A stretch of DNA of 63,197 nucleotides, filler included, from Octopus bimaculoides (GCF_001194135.2; 5 parts of 4 records of this genome joined end to end with filler, not necessarily neighbours in it); one strand, 5' to 3'; positions 12,394-27,343 are shown, counted from the first letter of the whole stretch. Numbers and translations are program-made. Notes: generated by a model from the sequence alone, not told the origin.

Positions 12394-14444
12394 TATATAT
12401 TTCTTCTATCCGGAATATGAAATTATGCTGGGTAAACGGGTGAGCAAGAGGAAGAACTGAATGAAGTAAAAGAAAAAGAGACACAGAGACGGCAGACAGT
12501 GTGTGCGATGTGACAGTCTTATCTACTGATGAAACTTTAAAAATATTTCTTCTCACTTAGAAACCAAGAATAGTAAATAAGGCGTTTAAGTCTAGAAGCC
12601 AACGAATGATTCTCTACATTCTCGCACAATCTGTTTAAAATAGCAGTCATATTCCCTCGTGTCACAATTTATTCTCTTATAAAAAGGAATGTCTATTTAA
12701 ATTACAGACAGGGATGGTCACGATAAAAATATCATATGCAGGGTCAGTACTGCCGTGGGGCTAAACTTATTAAGTTTGAATATGTTTGCGTTCAGGAAAA
12801 TGTGTTCAGTAATCTGTTGTGAAGTGTTTCCAATAATCACCATATTAATTTATTGTAAATGTAATTCATGTGTATACACAATTAGTATTAAATAAAAATT
12901 TGTTTCTTTTTTTTTTTATTTAATGGGTAATGGTTTGGGAGTTGTAAAATTTTCTTGTGCTACTTACGATGACATCAATTATAGTCTGGCTGTGCTACTA
13001 AATATGACAACAATTTTAGTCTGACTTTAAGATAAATAGATATTTATGTATTTCTATCAATAATGAGTCGTGACTCCAGGGAAATCTCCTTTCTAAATTT
13101 ATGATTTATCAAGTAGTCTTGACTGACACATCAAAATTGCTTTTCTCTGAAAACTTTGTTGATACTTAATATCCTGATATATATAAATATTTGTTTGCTT
13201 CATAATTGTGCAAAGCGTTGAAAATATATTTATTTATTTGCGAGATACAGTTACCTGGTGCTATCAGAGATATTATTTAAAATTTTCACAAAGCTTAAAG
13301 CCGTACAAAGTTCTAAGCCAGGAAACTATCCGTCGTTGCTTACACATTAAGTCGCTCACACTTACATTAAGCAATAATTCTCAAACAAACAAAAGGTGAT
13401 TAATATTCAATAAAATACCACTCCATTGTGGTGTAATAGCGGGATTCTTAAAGCATTGGACAAAGTCCTGTGCCGTAGATTGTTCTAGCTCTTTATCTTG
13501 CGGTTTCAAATTCTGCCATTGTCAAATTTGCCTTTTATTTCTCCGTGGTCTATAAATTACCACTCTAGGGCAGTGTTTTGGCGAAATTGAGTTCTGGACA
13601 AGATACTTTCCATGGCGAAATTGTTTGAGTTCTAGACAAGACACTATCCAGTGTACCGTTCTGTTAACATTTAGATTGCCTAGGCTGATGTAACAAATTT
13701 GTATCTTAATAACAAAATGGTGTCTTGTGAAAAAGGAGGTTAACAGAAAACCATCTTTCTATCCTCTCATTAAGATTCTATGGCAAGCACTCAGTACTTG
13801 TCAAAGAGGTCACCAAGGGTCGTTCGCTAATCCGATGGAGCAGAAAGGATAATTGAAAGAAGGAAAATTACAATAAATTATTTAATTCTTTTCGTTAAAC
13901 AATCTTTGCGATTAACGGTATGTGCAATATATTTTCCTTGTCTTGTTTTGAGCATCTCATTTACGATTGACTTGGTGAAAAACATGACCAACTTTAAATC
14001 TATTGGCTTGATACCTTCAGTGCTATTAACTGAAATGACAAAATACTGTACAGTAGGAAACTATAACACAGCGGAAGACAGTAATTATGATCCGGGATAA
14101 TGTTAATGAACGGTTATATGAGGTGAATAAGACGCGCTTCTTTTATTTCTAAATGTAACAAATAATTGCCATGCGTCTAATGCAACCCTATTGCGGATGG
14201 GATACCGAGTGTATGGGTATACGATGAAGCATTGAATTTGTTTTTGCTACAAAAATAAATAGGGGCTTTGTCTCATGCGAGAGTGGGTCTTGGGGTATTA
14301 AACAGACTCAAGATGTTGTTATAACCTGTGCTCAATGTTATCAGCTGATTGTTATTATCTAAAGAGCTGTTTCTCAAATTGATTATAATAAACGGCTTTT
14401 GCCTTTATGGCTATATTTTGTCTTTTATTACATTCGTTAATATA

Positions 14445-14656
14445 CAGGATGTCCACAAAGTCTGGGTACATGGGGATTAACACATACTTTAAGAAATTAT
14501 TATTTCTTATATTTAATTGTTTATGTTATGATTTTATTTACTCCATGTACCCACATGGAGATTAACACATACTTTAAGAAATTAATATTTCCTATATTTA
14601 ATTGTTTATGTTATGATTTAATTTTCTCCATGTAGCCAGACCTTGTGGACACCCTG
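14445..14656. mobile_element. Tc1/mariner MITE with an internal 85-bp tandem duplication
   Basis: TIRs CAGGATGTCCACAAAGTCTGG / CCAGACCTTGTGGACACCCTG with TA TSD; duplicated units start at 14469 and 14554. Confidence 0.85.
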
Positions 14657-15723
14657 TAGTTGCTGTTTAACACCAGGTCAGTTGTAATAGAGCTCAGATA
14701 TGATAAAAATGCTTTCCAGGTTCCTAATCTTCTCACTTAGTGTTTGGGAACATATCATCGAGCGTGTCGTTCTTTTTCCTAAGACGATGACACGTGACCT
14801 TGATCTAAAGGAGATTTAGTTGTTGTTTCTAGCAAGTCATGCGAACACAAGATGCTATACTCGCTCATTAACGTCTTATCAGATGCCTGTTATTATTTAT
14901 TGTTCTCATTATTGTTTCTTGTTGTAATCGTTGTTTAACACCAGATCAGTCACCATTGAAAAGACGTACGATCAAACATATTAAGCCAATGTGTTGCTCC
15001 CTAATCAGATGTTACAACCGAAGGTTTCCAGTTTCATCTATCAATAATAAAAATAGAAACTCGCACAAGCGAAGCTTGTTACACTTTCATGCTTATTTAT
15101 CAAAAGACAAATAAGTATGAAAGTATAACCAGCTGCACTTGTAACATTAATCTCTCTTGATCGATGCAACAACTTCCTAATCTCTGTATTTCTATGTCAC
15201 ATTCCAACTTAATGCGTTCTCATAATATGAATGACTTTATTCATTCCATTCAATACATACTGACAAAGCTGCTTTTTGGAGCACTTCAGCAACCCATAAC
15301 TCCAACAATGCGTTGTTCATTATCTTTTATCTTTTACTTGTTTCAGTCATTGGACTGCGCCCATTCTGGGACGCCATCATGAAGGGTTTAGTTCTTGCAT
15401 ATATCTTTTTTTAAGCCCGGTACATATTCTATCGGTCTCATTCTGCCGACATTGGTTGTGAAGTAGTGGTGGGAGAGACAAACGCAAAGACACATACACA
15501 CATAGGCACACACACTCACACATACACACACATACATATGTATATATACATATGGTTCAAAATTATAAAAAATAAAGCATGACAGAGACAGGTGAGGAAA
15601 CAACGAAAAAGATATATTAGTTTGACGATCAGGGAAAATGGAAGTCTTCGACGTTTCGAAACTATGCTCTCCTGCAAAAAGAAATGAGGAGAAAAAACAA
15701 ATGGTGAGAGGAATGTGTGTGTA

Positions 15724-15774
<51 letters not shown>

Positions 15775-16346
15775 TTTCATTTTATTTTCATTTTATCTAG
15801 TTTCAGCTCATGAGCTGTGGCCATGCTGGGGCACCGCCATTTTGAAAAATATGGAACGCTTCACGAATTTGCGTGTCATCCTTATATATATATAAAGATA
15901 ATATCGTTATTTAAAATACCGATCTTATCAGTTGGCCAGCATGGGAATAAAAACCTCAAAGGTAATGATTATTATTAAAATTATAATCAAGGGTATCTGA
16001 GAGATACCACCATGCTTATCCGAGTATATTCCACCGATGAAGGCAGAGCATTTCTTATGCAGAGCTAGAAGTCCGGGATCTGGAATTATCCAGTTTTTTT
16101 TTGTTTTTGTTTTTTGTTTTTGTCCTTTTTTGCTAGTTTATTTTGTCTCTTTGCCTTCTCTCCTGATGCTGTATGAACATTTAATGTGATTTTAGAGTCA
16201 AGGTTTGACTGCAATTTCTAGCATGGTGGTATCTCTTAGATACCCTAAATTATAATTTATATATATATATATAGTTTACAATTTAAAGGGAAAATCAAGG
16301 GGAATAAATACAAGGTAGATAAATGTTGTTTAAATGTCGCAGGATT

Positions 16347-16518
16347 TAAATCCGGGATAGTAAGTCGTATTTCGTAGAAAATAGGAAAACTGAACAAGGA
16401 GACGAACTCTCAGGATGTTGTTAAACTATTTGTATAAATGGTTTTAACACCCCGAGAGTTCGACTCCTTGTTCAATTTTGTTATTTTCTACGAAATACAA
16501 CTTACTATCCCGGATTTA
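16347..16518. mobile_element. Foldback/MITE-like element with about 75-bp inverted arms
   Basis: TAAATCCGGGATAGTAAGT... / ...ACTTACTATCCCGGATTTA. Confidence 0.75.
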
Positions 16519-16749
16519 TATATAAATTGTACCTATATTTCAAAGGGCCAGACTTGCTACATTCAATGTCACGCCGAATCTCCATGGGAACTACAATAAG
16601 GGTACATGTGTCTGTGGAGTACTCGGCTTGTTAATTTAACTATTTCTGTTTATCAGACCAATACTCCTCTTCGTAACCGACGTAGTACCAGTTATGCATG
16701 CGTGTATGTATGTATGTATGTATGTATGTATGTATGTATGTATGTATGC

Positions 16750-17345
16750 ATGTCTCTTTTATCTTGTTTCAGTCATTAGACTGCGGCCATGCTGGAACAC
16801 CGTCTTTAATCGAACTAATCGACTCCAGGGCTTATTTTCTTTTTCAGCCTGGTTCTTACTCTATTGGGGCTTTTTTGCCGAACCGCTAAGTCACGGTGAC
16901 ATAAACACACCAATACCGGTTGTCGAGCGGTGGTGGAGGAGAAATACAGATACACAGACACCACACGTAGGTGTGCGTGCGTATAAATATATATGTGTGT
17001 GTATATGTATGTATATATATATATGCGCGCGCGCGCGCGTGTGTGTGTGTCTGTGTGTGTGTGTCNNNNNNNNNNCGCGTGTGTGTGTGTCTGTGTGTGT
17101 GTGTCTGTGTGTGTGTGTGTGTGTGTCTGTGTGTGTCTGTGGGTGCATGTATAAATATACATATATGTATGTATATATACATGACAGGCTTCTTTCAATT
17201 TCTGTTTACGAAATCCACTCACAAGACTTTGGTCGGCCCGTGTCTATAGCAGAAGACACTTGACCAAGGTGCTACGCAGTGGGAGTGAACTCAGAACCAC
17301 GTGGTTGGGAAGCAAACTTCTTCCCACACAGCCACACCTGTGCCT
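16750..17345 (-). mobile_element. Family B SINE (microsatellite-expanded)
   Basis: Reverse-complement match to 8192-8580 at both ends. Confidence 0.8.
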
Positions 17346-18146
17346 GTATGCATTATATTTTATATCATGAGCTAAGAAACAGTACCGTCGTGTCCCTTGG
17401 ACCTGCTAGAAATAGCAACCAGAATTCCATCAAACCACGTCCTACTGACTTAAAAAATATAAGACGCTGTAAAAAAAAAAATGAAATCCATGACACACTA
17501 TACTAAAATACAATATAATTAAACACGTGTGATACGAAACTAAACTACAAAAAGAGTATATTATATTTATATATGTATGTTAGAGAGAGAGTGTGTGTGT
17601 GTGTGTGTGTATGGGTACGCGTGCGCATTACTCTATCGGCACTGGAGATCAAAACCGTTGTTCAACAAAGCTTCTCTTAATATCAAAGACAGGAATTCTT
17701 TTATATCTCAGATAACTTTTCGTCTTTTACGTTCCATTCCTTATTGATTTTACAAGTTGGAAAAATCTTCGAATTGATTGGATTGCTGTTCGATAGCGTT
17801 CTTCGTTTCTGTTAGGCTGACCACTCCTTCACGACCAATTTCAAAAGAAATAATTTGAATTTCAGCTGTTAATTACAAAAACTGTTAACAAAACTAGCTT
17901 TTATAATTGCTTCTCCTGGTTAGGGACTAATCAGTGTAAAGTAAATTAATCAGCTTTGTGCAATATATTTATAAATGTATGTATAAATGTATGTATGTAC
18001 GTATACGCATGTATTTGTGTGTACGCACCTACGTATGTATGTATGAACGTAAGTATATATGTAAGAATGTATGCATATACGTATGCACATATCAATATAC
18101 ATACATATTTATATATACATACATATATATATATATACATATACAT

Positions 18147-18180
<34 letters not shown>

Positions 18181-18438
18181 GATATATACATATATATATG
18201 TGCATACGCACATTCATACAATATTACATACACACATGCATATATACACATACATACGTATATATATATATATATNNNNNNNNNNNNNNNNNNNNNNNNN
18301 NNNNNNNNNNNNNNNNNNNNNNNNNNNNNNNNNNNNNNNNNNNNNNNNNNNNNNNNNNNNNNNNNNNNNNNNNNNNATATCTACGTATGTATGTATATAT
18401 GTACAAGAAACAAAACTTACAACAACAAATAGACGCAA

Positions 18439-18483
<45 letters not shown>

Positions 18484-19811
18484 GGCAGACGGACGAACAG
18501 ACAGACAAACGGACGGACATAAGAAGAGAAAGGAAGACAATAAATGCTCTTTTAAGTTTTATAGCATCAGAAAGGAATGTCGAGTATTCTAAACGAACCA
18601 TTCGGAGTACTCCAGAACGTCTTAAAATTTGAAACGTATGTCGAGGCATGAGTGAGCGCTTGTGTACGTGTATGTGTGAATGTGTGCGTGTGAGCGTGTC
18701 TGTATTGGCGTGTGTCTGTGTGTGCATGCGTGTATGTGTACGTTAGTAGAAAGGCGATTGAAAATTGTTGGTGTTGGTGTTGTTGTTATTGCTGTACAGA
18801 TGGTGTTATTGTAATGATTGTTTTTATAGTAGTCGGTGGTTGGCGGTGAAAGCTGGTGGCTTGTGGTAATGTTGAGCAAGTGTCGGTCAATTTGGAGAGC
18901 GCGGGGGGTGGGGAAGAGGAGAAGGAAAGAGATAGAGAGAGAGAGAGAGTGAGAGAGATAGACCGACAGACAGACAGATAGAGAAAGAGAAAGAGGGAGA
19001 GAGAGACAAAGAAAAAGAGAACTGAAATGCTTTGTAACGCTTTGTGACTACCAAGATCAAAATTAACCATTAAGAAAACTAATTATTATTGAGCTTGACA
19101 AGGACGAGGTAATTATTCAACAGGAGCACCAATATGGAAGACAAGTGTGTTAGAACTAAAGAGAGAAGCAGAAGTAGTCGCAAAGCGAGCAGGAAAGAGC
19201 GAGAGAGAGAGAGGAGAGCGTTTAAAAAGAGAGAGCGAAAGAGAAAGTGAAAGAAAATGAAAGACAAAGAGAGAGTGGGGGGGAAGGATCGAACGCTGTA
19301 GTATTTCCTTTCGCGCGTACTGGCATCCATCTCTTAAAATATCACCGACCCCATTGCAAAGCAAGTTTGGAGTGAGTCATAACGTGCTGATAGAGTTTGT
19401 ACATAAATAAATATAAAAATATTATCGTGTCGGCGTGCATATCCAACAGCAGCAGCAGCAGCAGCAGCAAGAACAACAACAATATTAGAACTGACCTGTC
19501 TAGCAGTCAAATAAAATGTTCCTGGCTCCATGCTATGCCTGACGGGGAGAAAATATTGCACTCCTACGGAGGAAAACATGGAAGTAGTTAAATGTGGAAA
19601 TTGTGGAAATTGTGGAAATTGTAGCTCTTTGGTATAGGTTGCGACGGACTTAGCAAAATAGACTAACATCTGCTTTGAATTTCAAGATGATATTACAGCT
19701 TCTTTCAAACGCAATAATTATACATCGCTACACTCCTTTGACATACATATATATATGCGTGTGCATGTGTATGTGTGTGTATGTGTGTGTGTGTGTGTCT
19801 GTATGTGTGCG

Positions 19812-19849
<38 letters not shown>

Positions 19850-20040
19850 TCTGCGTGTACGTATGTCTGTATATACACGTGCATATAAATACATATGTAC
19901 ATATATTTATATACATATATGCATTTATGTATGTATGTATACACATATATATGTACCTATGTTAAGAAAGCAATGACCACATACACACATATGTATATTG
20001 AATGTGTGTATGTGTATGTACGCGTGTGTATGTGTGCGTC

Positions 20041-20073
<33 letters not shown>

Positions 20074-20158
20074 ATAGATATATGTATGTATANNNNNNNN
20101 NNGTGTGTGTAAAGATATATGTGTGTATGTATATTAAGAAGGCAATAAGGAAACATAC

Positions 20159-20216
<58 letters not shown>

Positions 20217-20631
20217 GTATATGAAGGTATGATTGCGTATAAGTATGCATGTGTGAGTGTATGTATGTGTATATGTATTTATAAGGCATATGCATACTCA
20301 CACACGTACACACATACACACAGATACATAGCCGGGCTTGAGGTTCGAAAGGTTGGGGCAAACGCCCTCCTGTAGCTTCATGCAAATATAATTATTATCT
20401 AACCTTTATTTTAATTTTCTGTTTCTCGCAAATTGAACGACCGATGCTAGGCTTATTTCAATAATTAGGAATTCCCTTTTTTTTTCCAGTCGAAATCCTG
20501 GCTACGCCCATGGTATTCATAAATGTTAGAGTTGTTATGTGATACAGAACAGCAAAACGTTTTATCATGAACATTTATTACATTTACTGGTAACAGAGTA
20601 AATTTTATTGTATATGACTTTATATATATAT

Positions 20632-20731
20632 NNNNNNNNNNNNNNNNNNNNNNNNNNNNNNNNNNNNNNNNNNNNTTAATTAATTAANNNNNNNNNNNNN
20701 NNNNNNNNNNNNNNNNNNNNNNNNNNNNNNN
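20632..20731. other. Assembly spacer N44-TTAATTAATTAA-N44 (also near 24.46-24.56, 38.69-38.79 and 61.11-61.21 kb)
   Basis: The same 12-mer, with stops in all six frames, is centred in 100-bp N blocks four times. Confidence 0.95.
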
Positions 20732-21962
20732 ATATATATATATATATATATATATACATATCAAAATGAACAATACTCCTTCCCAAGCCATAAACCGATA
20801 AGGATGTTTTCCCGGATTCTGAGACGTATACATACCCCACCCCTGGACAGGACACAGGTCTGTTTTTGCCAGCTGAGTGGACTGGAGCGACAAGAAATGT
20901 AATGTTTTGCTTATAAACACAACGCATCGCGCAGATCAGGAACCGAAACCACAATTTTCCACTCATGGTGAATCACCCCTAAATACTAAGCCACATACAT
21001 ACATACATACATACATACATACATACATACATACATACATACATGCACACATACATGCACGTATTTTTATATATATATTTGTGTGTGTGTGTGCGCGCAC
21101 GCATACACAAATGTTTGTATATATTTTCAAATACATTTTGTGTATTCAAAAACGTGCTTAGACTCAATGTTATAACAAATTAATTTACTTTAAAGTAGCG
21201 TTGAATGTGAACCAATAAAGAGAGAGAGAGAGAGAGAGGTCAGAAACAGTGCCGGGAGCATCGATCAATTACTGAAAGATCTGGACTGAAATTTCCTACA
21301 TAAACATTAAACAAAATTTTTATTGCTCAGGTCACATGTACTTCTGTGACGCTCTAAAAGATGTTGATAATTTTTTTCAGAGTTCTTTGTTAAATTTGCA
21401 ATAACAATAAATACATAAATAAAACTATAAAAAATAAAGTTATGAACTGCAGCCACGACATCAGAAAACTATGTTTAGATATATTTATTCATTCTATGTT
21501 AGCATCTTTAGAGCAGAGAGTATTGTAAAGTTAATTAGAAATAATAATATGATTAAGAAAACAATATTTTACTCATTCTTTAATATTGTAATAGTTTCAG
21601 AATGTGCAGACATGCTTTAGGTTTATTAAGATCTATAATATAAAAAAAGTAACCGTATAGGGGTAGGAGTGGCTGTGTGGTAAGTAGCTTGCTTATCGAC
21701 CAAATGGTCGATATATGTATATGTTTGTGTGTTTGTGTTTGCCCCCGGCCCCGGCCGTCGCTTGACAACCGATGTTGGTGTGTTTACATCCCCGTAACTT
21801 AGCGGTTCGGCAAAAGGGACCGATAGAGTAAGTACTAGGCTTACAAAGATGTACACTTAGTTGTTTACACACTCTCATATATACACATTTTCTTACACAC
21901 TAGCTTTATAATTCTTCTCACTATACATATGCATGAACACATATACACAAAACAGACATACG

Positions 21963-22004
<42 letters not shown>

Positions 22005-22186
22005 TACACACACACATTATATTCGGTTTCAAACTTAATTCATCCTCTTGTACCCTCTATTGATTCATTTGAGCAATAAGACGAGGAGCTAAACACAAAT
22101 ACTTGTACACACACAGATATACTTATACACACACAGATACATATGCACACACACACAGACACGCGCGCGCGCGCACACACACACAG

Positions 22187-22217
<31 letters not shown>

Positions 22218-23779
22218 TAACACTCAACATTGACATGCTATAAATCAATGCTATTCTCACTTGGGATACGAAGGAAAACCTTCGACCCACGTCAAACATC
22301 GTAGAATTCATCACTATACTTGATTTGTATTATACTTGAATGGCACTAATGAAAGGCTTTTAGTATGATTCTTAAAGTTGCTGCTTTTTAGGTCTTGGAT
22401 AGAAATGTTGCAGTGTGACGTCATTCAATGATAAAAGGACACATCTGAAGAAAATTCCTTTTTTTCTTTATTAAGCGGCTATATTCAGAAACATTCTGAC
22501 TTTTATGACACAACCAAGATTCAGTACCTTCTTATCACCACTTTTTATCACACACATTTGACTTTCTCAAAGAGGATTTGATCTTCGATTGAAGCCAATA
22601 ACTTCGGTTATAAGAGTTTCCACTTCTCCAACAACAGTGACTCGTGCCTGGCCTTATTATCTTGTGGGTCATTTAGAAGAAAGACAACGGAGGAGAAATG
22701 AAAATGATTTGTGTTCGTATTATTACTATTTCTTTTTCATATAGATCCGAAGGCAGAGGTTATTTTATCGAAACAGAAAGGACGAAAAGTAAGATTTACC
22801 TCAGTGTGTAGAGAGACTAAACCAGACGTTACCAGATATTTAGGTTCACCGTTCTAAAGTTTCTGTCATCACCCATCAACCAATAATTCTGGTTTTATTG
22901 GCCACGAGGGCTAATATAAATTAAAAACATGTAAGGACAAAGACAGGACGAAGGTTACAAAGGGTTTTGTCCGAAAAGAAAAACGTTTGTGTAAACAGTG
23001 AGGAAAACAGAGAAAGATATAACAATTAAAACTCCCAATAGGGTGAGGCGCTTCGAAAGGTTACACGTGGAAAAACACACAAAAGCCACGGGAGCCTGGT
23101 CAGAAAATAAGAAAGTGGTATAGAGCCCTTTCTCCTTTTNNNNNNNNNNNNNNNNNNNNNNNNNNNNNNNNNNNNNNNNNNNNNNNNNNNNNNNNNNNNN
23201 NNNNNNNNNNNNNNNNNNNNNNNNNNNNNNNNNNNNNNNNNNNNNNNNNNNNNNNNNNNNNNNNNNNNNNNNNNNNNNNNNNNNNNNNNNNNNNNNNNNN
23301 NNNNNNNNNNNNNNNNNNNNNNNNNNNNNNNNNNNNNNNNNNNNNNNNNNNNNNNNNNNNNNNNNNNNNNNNNNNNNNNNNNNNNNNNNNNNNNNNNNNN
23401 NNNNNNNNNNNNNNNNNNNNNNNNNNNNNNNNNNNNNNNNNNNNNNNNNNNNNNNNNNNNNNNNNNNNNNNNNNNNACGCACTCACGTTCGCGCGCGCGC
23501 AACGTAATTTAATATATTGAAGGCTTAAAGTCGGGCTGAAACTACGATGGTCTTACAAGCTTGTTTTGCGTGCCACGGATTTCAAAGCAGTCGTTGAGAA
23601 AAAAAAACGAGAGGACGAGAAAGGACAAGAAGAGAAAGTTAAAAAAAAAAGAAAGTGAATTGAGGAGAAAATCTGGAAAGTGAGGTGTTTTTCAGTCCAA
23701 TAATAGAAACATATTTAGTTGTTTACATTAATGAAAATTTCAGATCTAGGATTCAGTACGTCAGTAGATTTCTTAGGTT

Positions 23780-24265
23780 TAAAAAGTATATGTAATCTTT
23801 CCGCTAAACATAGTCTGTATCATTAACATACGGCGTGGATCATTCCATGATGCTCTACTTGATGGTGCGTAGTGTATTGTTGGCCGTCCGGCCCCAAATA
23901 TGGCTAGTTAGCTTCGGGTTTTCTTTCTATCCACGTGTCAAAAAGAAGATTGACGGTTAACGTATCTTGTTTTTTAAGTCACTTAACCATACATCATATA
24001 CTTTTTCTTTTGAGTTTCATTATTTTGGAGCCTTGAGATAACTTTAGCTTCATAAGCCAATGAGCATACTCGATAAAGTGGGAAAGTTTCTGGGTGACTA
24101 CAGTTACAATTTGGAATAGGCGTTTGCTGTGACCTGAGAGAATGTTTTTCATGTTGGAGCAGCAATTATATGAAACTTTCAGTGAACGTTATTAAGTTTT
24201 GTTCTATATCTATGGCTATCTGGTCAATATTCTTTAACAAACCCAATTGTTTAATCTACTATGGG
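23780..24265 (-). mobile_element. Decayed Penelope-like element, GIY-YIG endonuclease region
   Basis: Manual translation across frameshifts: KVSYNCCSNMKNIL, CNC..PE..PL, AYEAKV, KTRYVNRQSSF, LTSHIW, IK*SIM...PY, RLCLAERLHI. This matches the C-terminal pattern of Penelope ORFs. Confidence 0.72.
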
Positions 24266-24342
24266 TCTCGATTTCGAAGGGTAAAAATCTACAGTATCTA
24301 ATTGAGTAAGTCTAGCTATACGTTTACTTTCTATATTCCTAA

Positions 24343-24432
<90 letters not shown>

Positions 24433-24557
24433 TTGTATATATATATATATATATATANNNNNNNNNNNNNNNNNNNNNNNNNNNNNNNNNNNNNNNNNNN
24501 NTTAATTAATTAANNNNNNNNNNNNNNNNNNNNNNNNNNNNNNNNNNNNNNNNNNNN

Positions 24558-24600
<43 letters not shown>

Positions 24601-27307
24601 CATAAAACTATGTGTACTTTTTTCAATGTATACAAATAACGCGGAAAAAATAAATAAATAGTTACCAGGGTTGCAAAAATTCACATAAGTGCCAAAGATG
24701 TTACAACCTACTTATAAAGGTAGAAATTCCAGAGTTAAGTGAAATGTTTTTGTATAACATAGATAAATTAAGAAATGGAGTTAAACGTAGGTGTTATTCA
24801 AATCTTCATACTTCCGACATATGTTTCAAAGAAAACATTGGTATTATTTCTGAGGTAATAAAATGATGTAAAACAATGTAATCATACCGTCAAGGAAAAA
24901 AGAGAAACGAAACACATCAATAAGCCATTTTAACCGAATGTAATTACGGCGTAGATGATGAAGGGAACGCTGGCAAGTTAATTTTTGTTTTAAACCGTTA
25001 ATAGATTTAACGTCAAAGGTAATTTAGAGAAAGAGAAGTAGAAGCAAGAAAGAAATTCACAGAAAATTAAGAGTGGAGAAATACAGTGCGATAAATGACT
25101 GGAAATAAAGTTTAAAGGCGTAGAAATAGATATATGTAGTGGAAAGGAAATGTAAGAAGACAGTCAAGAGTTGAATAGATTTATAGATTGGTAGAAATTA
25201 CTTGTAGGAACTAAAGTTATGTTTTTGCCAATGTTTGCAACGATAAACGCGTTCTTTAAAGTATTTACAAGGGAATTCTCCGAGAACAGAATGAGATACT
25301 GTTCTTCGTTACAGCACGGACAAAAGGATTTACCTTTATCATATGGAAAGGAATATGTGAATATATAGTGTGTGAGTGATCGAAAGAAACTATGGGAGGT
25401 AAAAATTGGTGATAAAGATAGCGTAAGAGTGAAAGAGAGAAAAAGGGGAGAGGAAAGAAAAAGATAAGGTAGTAAAGGCGAGAGGGTGTGTATGAAAGGA
25501 AAAGTGAAAGGAAGAGCGAGATAGAGAAAGGAGGAGCAAAGTACGATTAACCGTCACTGATGAACAAGCTTGGTTTCGTAGAGTCAACCATGCTTTTGCT
25601 AATTGGTGGTTGTGTGGTTATGAGATATAGACATGATATTGGTCGCTTCACCGCTGGCCCAGCGGTGCATCGAGGATGTTACAGCTGGAGGAAGAGAGAG
25701 AGAGAGAGATGTACCCACCCACAAGATGTTGAACTACCTGTTAGTCATGACTCCTTATCTAATAGCTTCTTTCCTCGAAACTGCTGGACTCGCTAACATC
25801 GTCTTGTTTTCCTCCGGTCTTTGATATTCAATCCGTTAAGCTTTTTGTCGAATCATTATTACTTGAATTTGTAGGCCCCCTTCTTTTCCTTCTTTCTAGT
25901 CCCTTACGCTGCAGTGGCCTAAAACCTTGTTTAGGACAAAATAGCCGTTATGGCGGACACCCCCAAGTAAAAAGTGGGCTGATCCACTACTGAAAAATAG
26001 TGAACAGACACAGCAAGTAGTGTCAGTCAGCGAGGTACGCTGTTCGGGCCAGTCACGCAGACGATGAAATACGTCGTCACCATGCGGGACATATCAGTGG
26101 CTACGAAGATACCTCTCACCGTATAACGGTGTCGTTATAACAGTGGTAACGAGGTTACGAACGCTCGTAGGGGTGGCGAAATGGAAGTACTACACACAGT
26201 GAAAAATATTAAAAACCCCGAAGTAGGATTTGAAGTAACACAGAACTACACACAGTGAAAAATATATAAATTCTTTTGAAAAAAGATTCTGAAGAAAAAA
26301 TTGTCTGATAAAACTAGAACTCTAACACAGAACTGAAATACACACAGTGGAAAATAATATAAATCCGTTTAAAGGATTTTAGTCAGGTCGCTTTGTGTTA
26401 GTAGCGCTACCGGTAGACAATGTAGACTTGTACTACCTGCAGCATTCTGAATAGAAAAATAATTCTGTGTGGGAGGAATAAAAATTTAAAAAATAATAAT
26501 AATAAGTCCATGCGAAGTATGGTTGTTGGTTGTTGGTTTTTCTATTATACCATAAATTGATATTGCGAGATTGTCCATCTTAGGGATTCTAATTATGACT
26601 AGGGTAATTCTTATTTTAAAGGTTTCTATTTTAGGGACGTTTTGCTATTCTCACATACACACACGCGCAGACAAATACACACACTTACACACATGTACAC
26701 ATACATATACAAATTGAAAGTGGTTACATTACAGTTTTGAGCCCTTTGCTGTGGAACTTTAACCTTTAGCATTTAAACCGGTCATATCAAACCAAAATAT
26801 TCTGCCGGTTTTTAGTACAAACCAGCCAGATCTGACCTCTCACACCTACCCTACAAGGTCATTGTAAAAATAAACAATCATAGCATTGAAATCTTGAAGC
26901 TATGAGATAGCGAAAGATTAATTAACAAAATGTGGATAAATGAGAATTACATTTGACAGAGTAATCTGAATATTGAAGAGTTAAACAAATGTGAATACAT
27001 ATCGCACCTCTCTCCCTACAAAGAGAGGTTATCCTGTCTGTATGGAGATTATTTTCTCTATGCAAAGGAGATTACCCTGATGTGTTTCATGCTTTGTTGG
27101 CCACACATCGACAGACAATAACCTACCATTCTTCAGCCTCTCAAGAAAACATATAATCAATCGCTATTTAAGTCTTATGACAAATTTGTTTATCGTATTA
27201 TCGTCGTCGACAGCCAATTTAAATAATTGCTAAACGTTTATGCACAACGCAGTGTATATTAATGAACCTAAGATAAATGTAGACCCACACACACTCACGC
27301 ACGCACA

Positions 27308-27343
<36 letters not shown>

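Noticed and set aside
19133-19250. Short Arg/Lys-rich ORF (MEDKCVRTKERSRSSRK...)
   Set aside because: A low-complexity (GA)n-derived ORF of under 40 aa with no support.
20676-20687. Recurrent TTAATTAATTAA motif as a biological signal
   Set aside because: It is always centred in a 100-bp N block, so it is an assembly spacer.
22260-22470. Minus-strand segment with TTCTTCAG acceptor and GTGAGA donor
   Set aside because: All three frames contain stops between the sites. It could be a non-coding exon, but this is unsupported.
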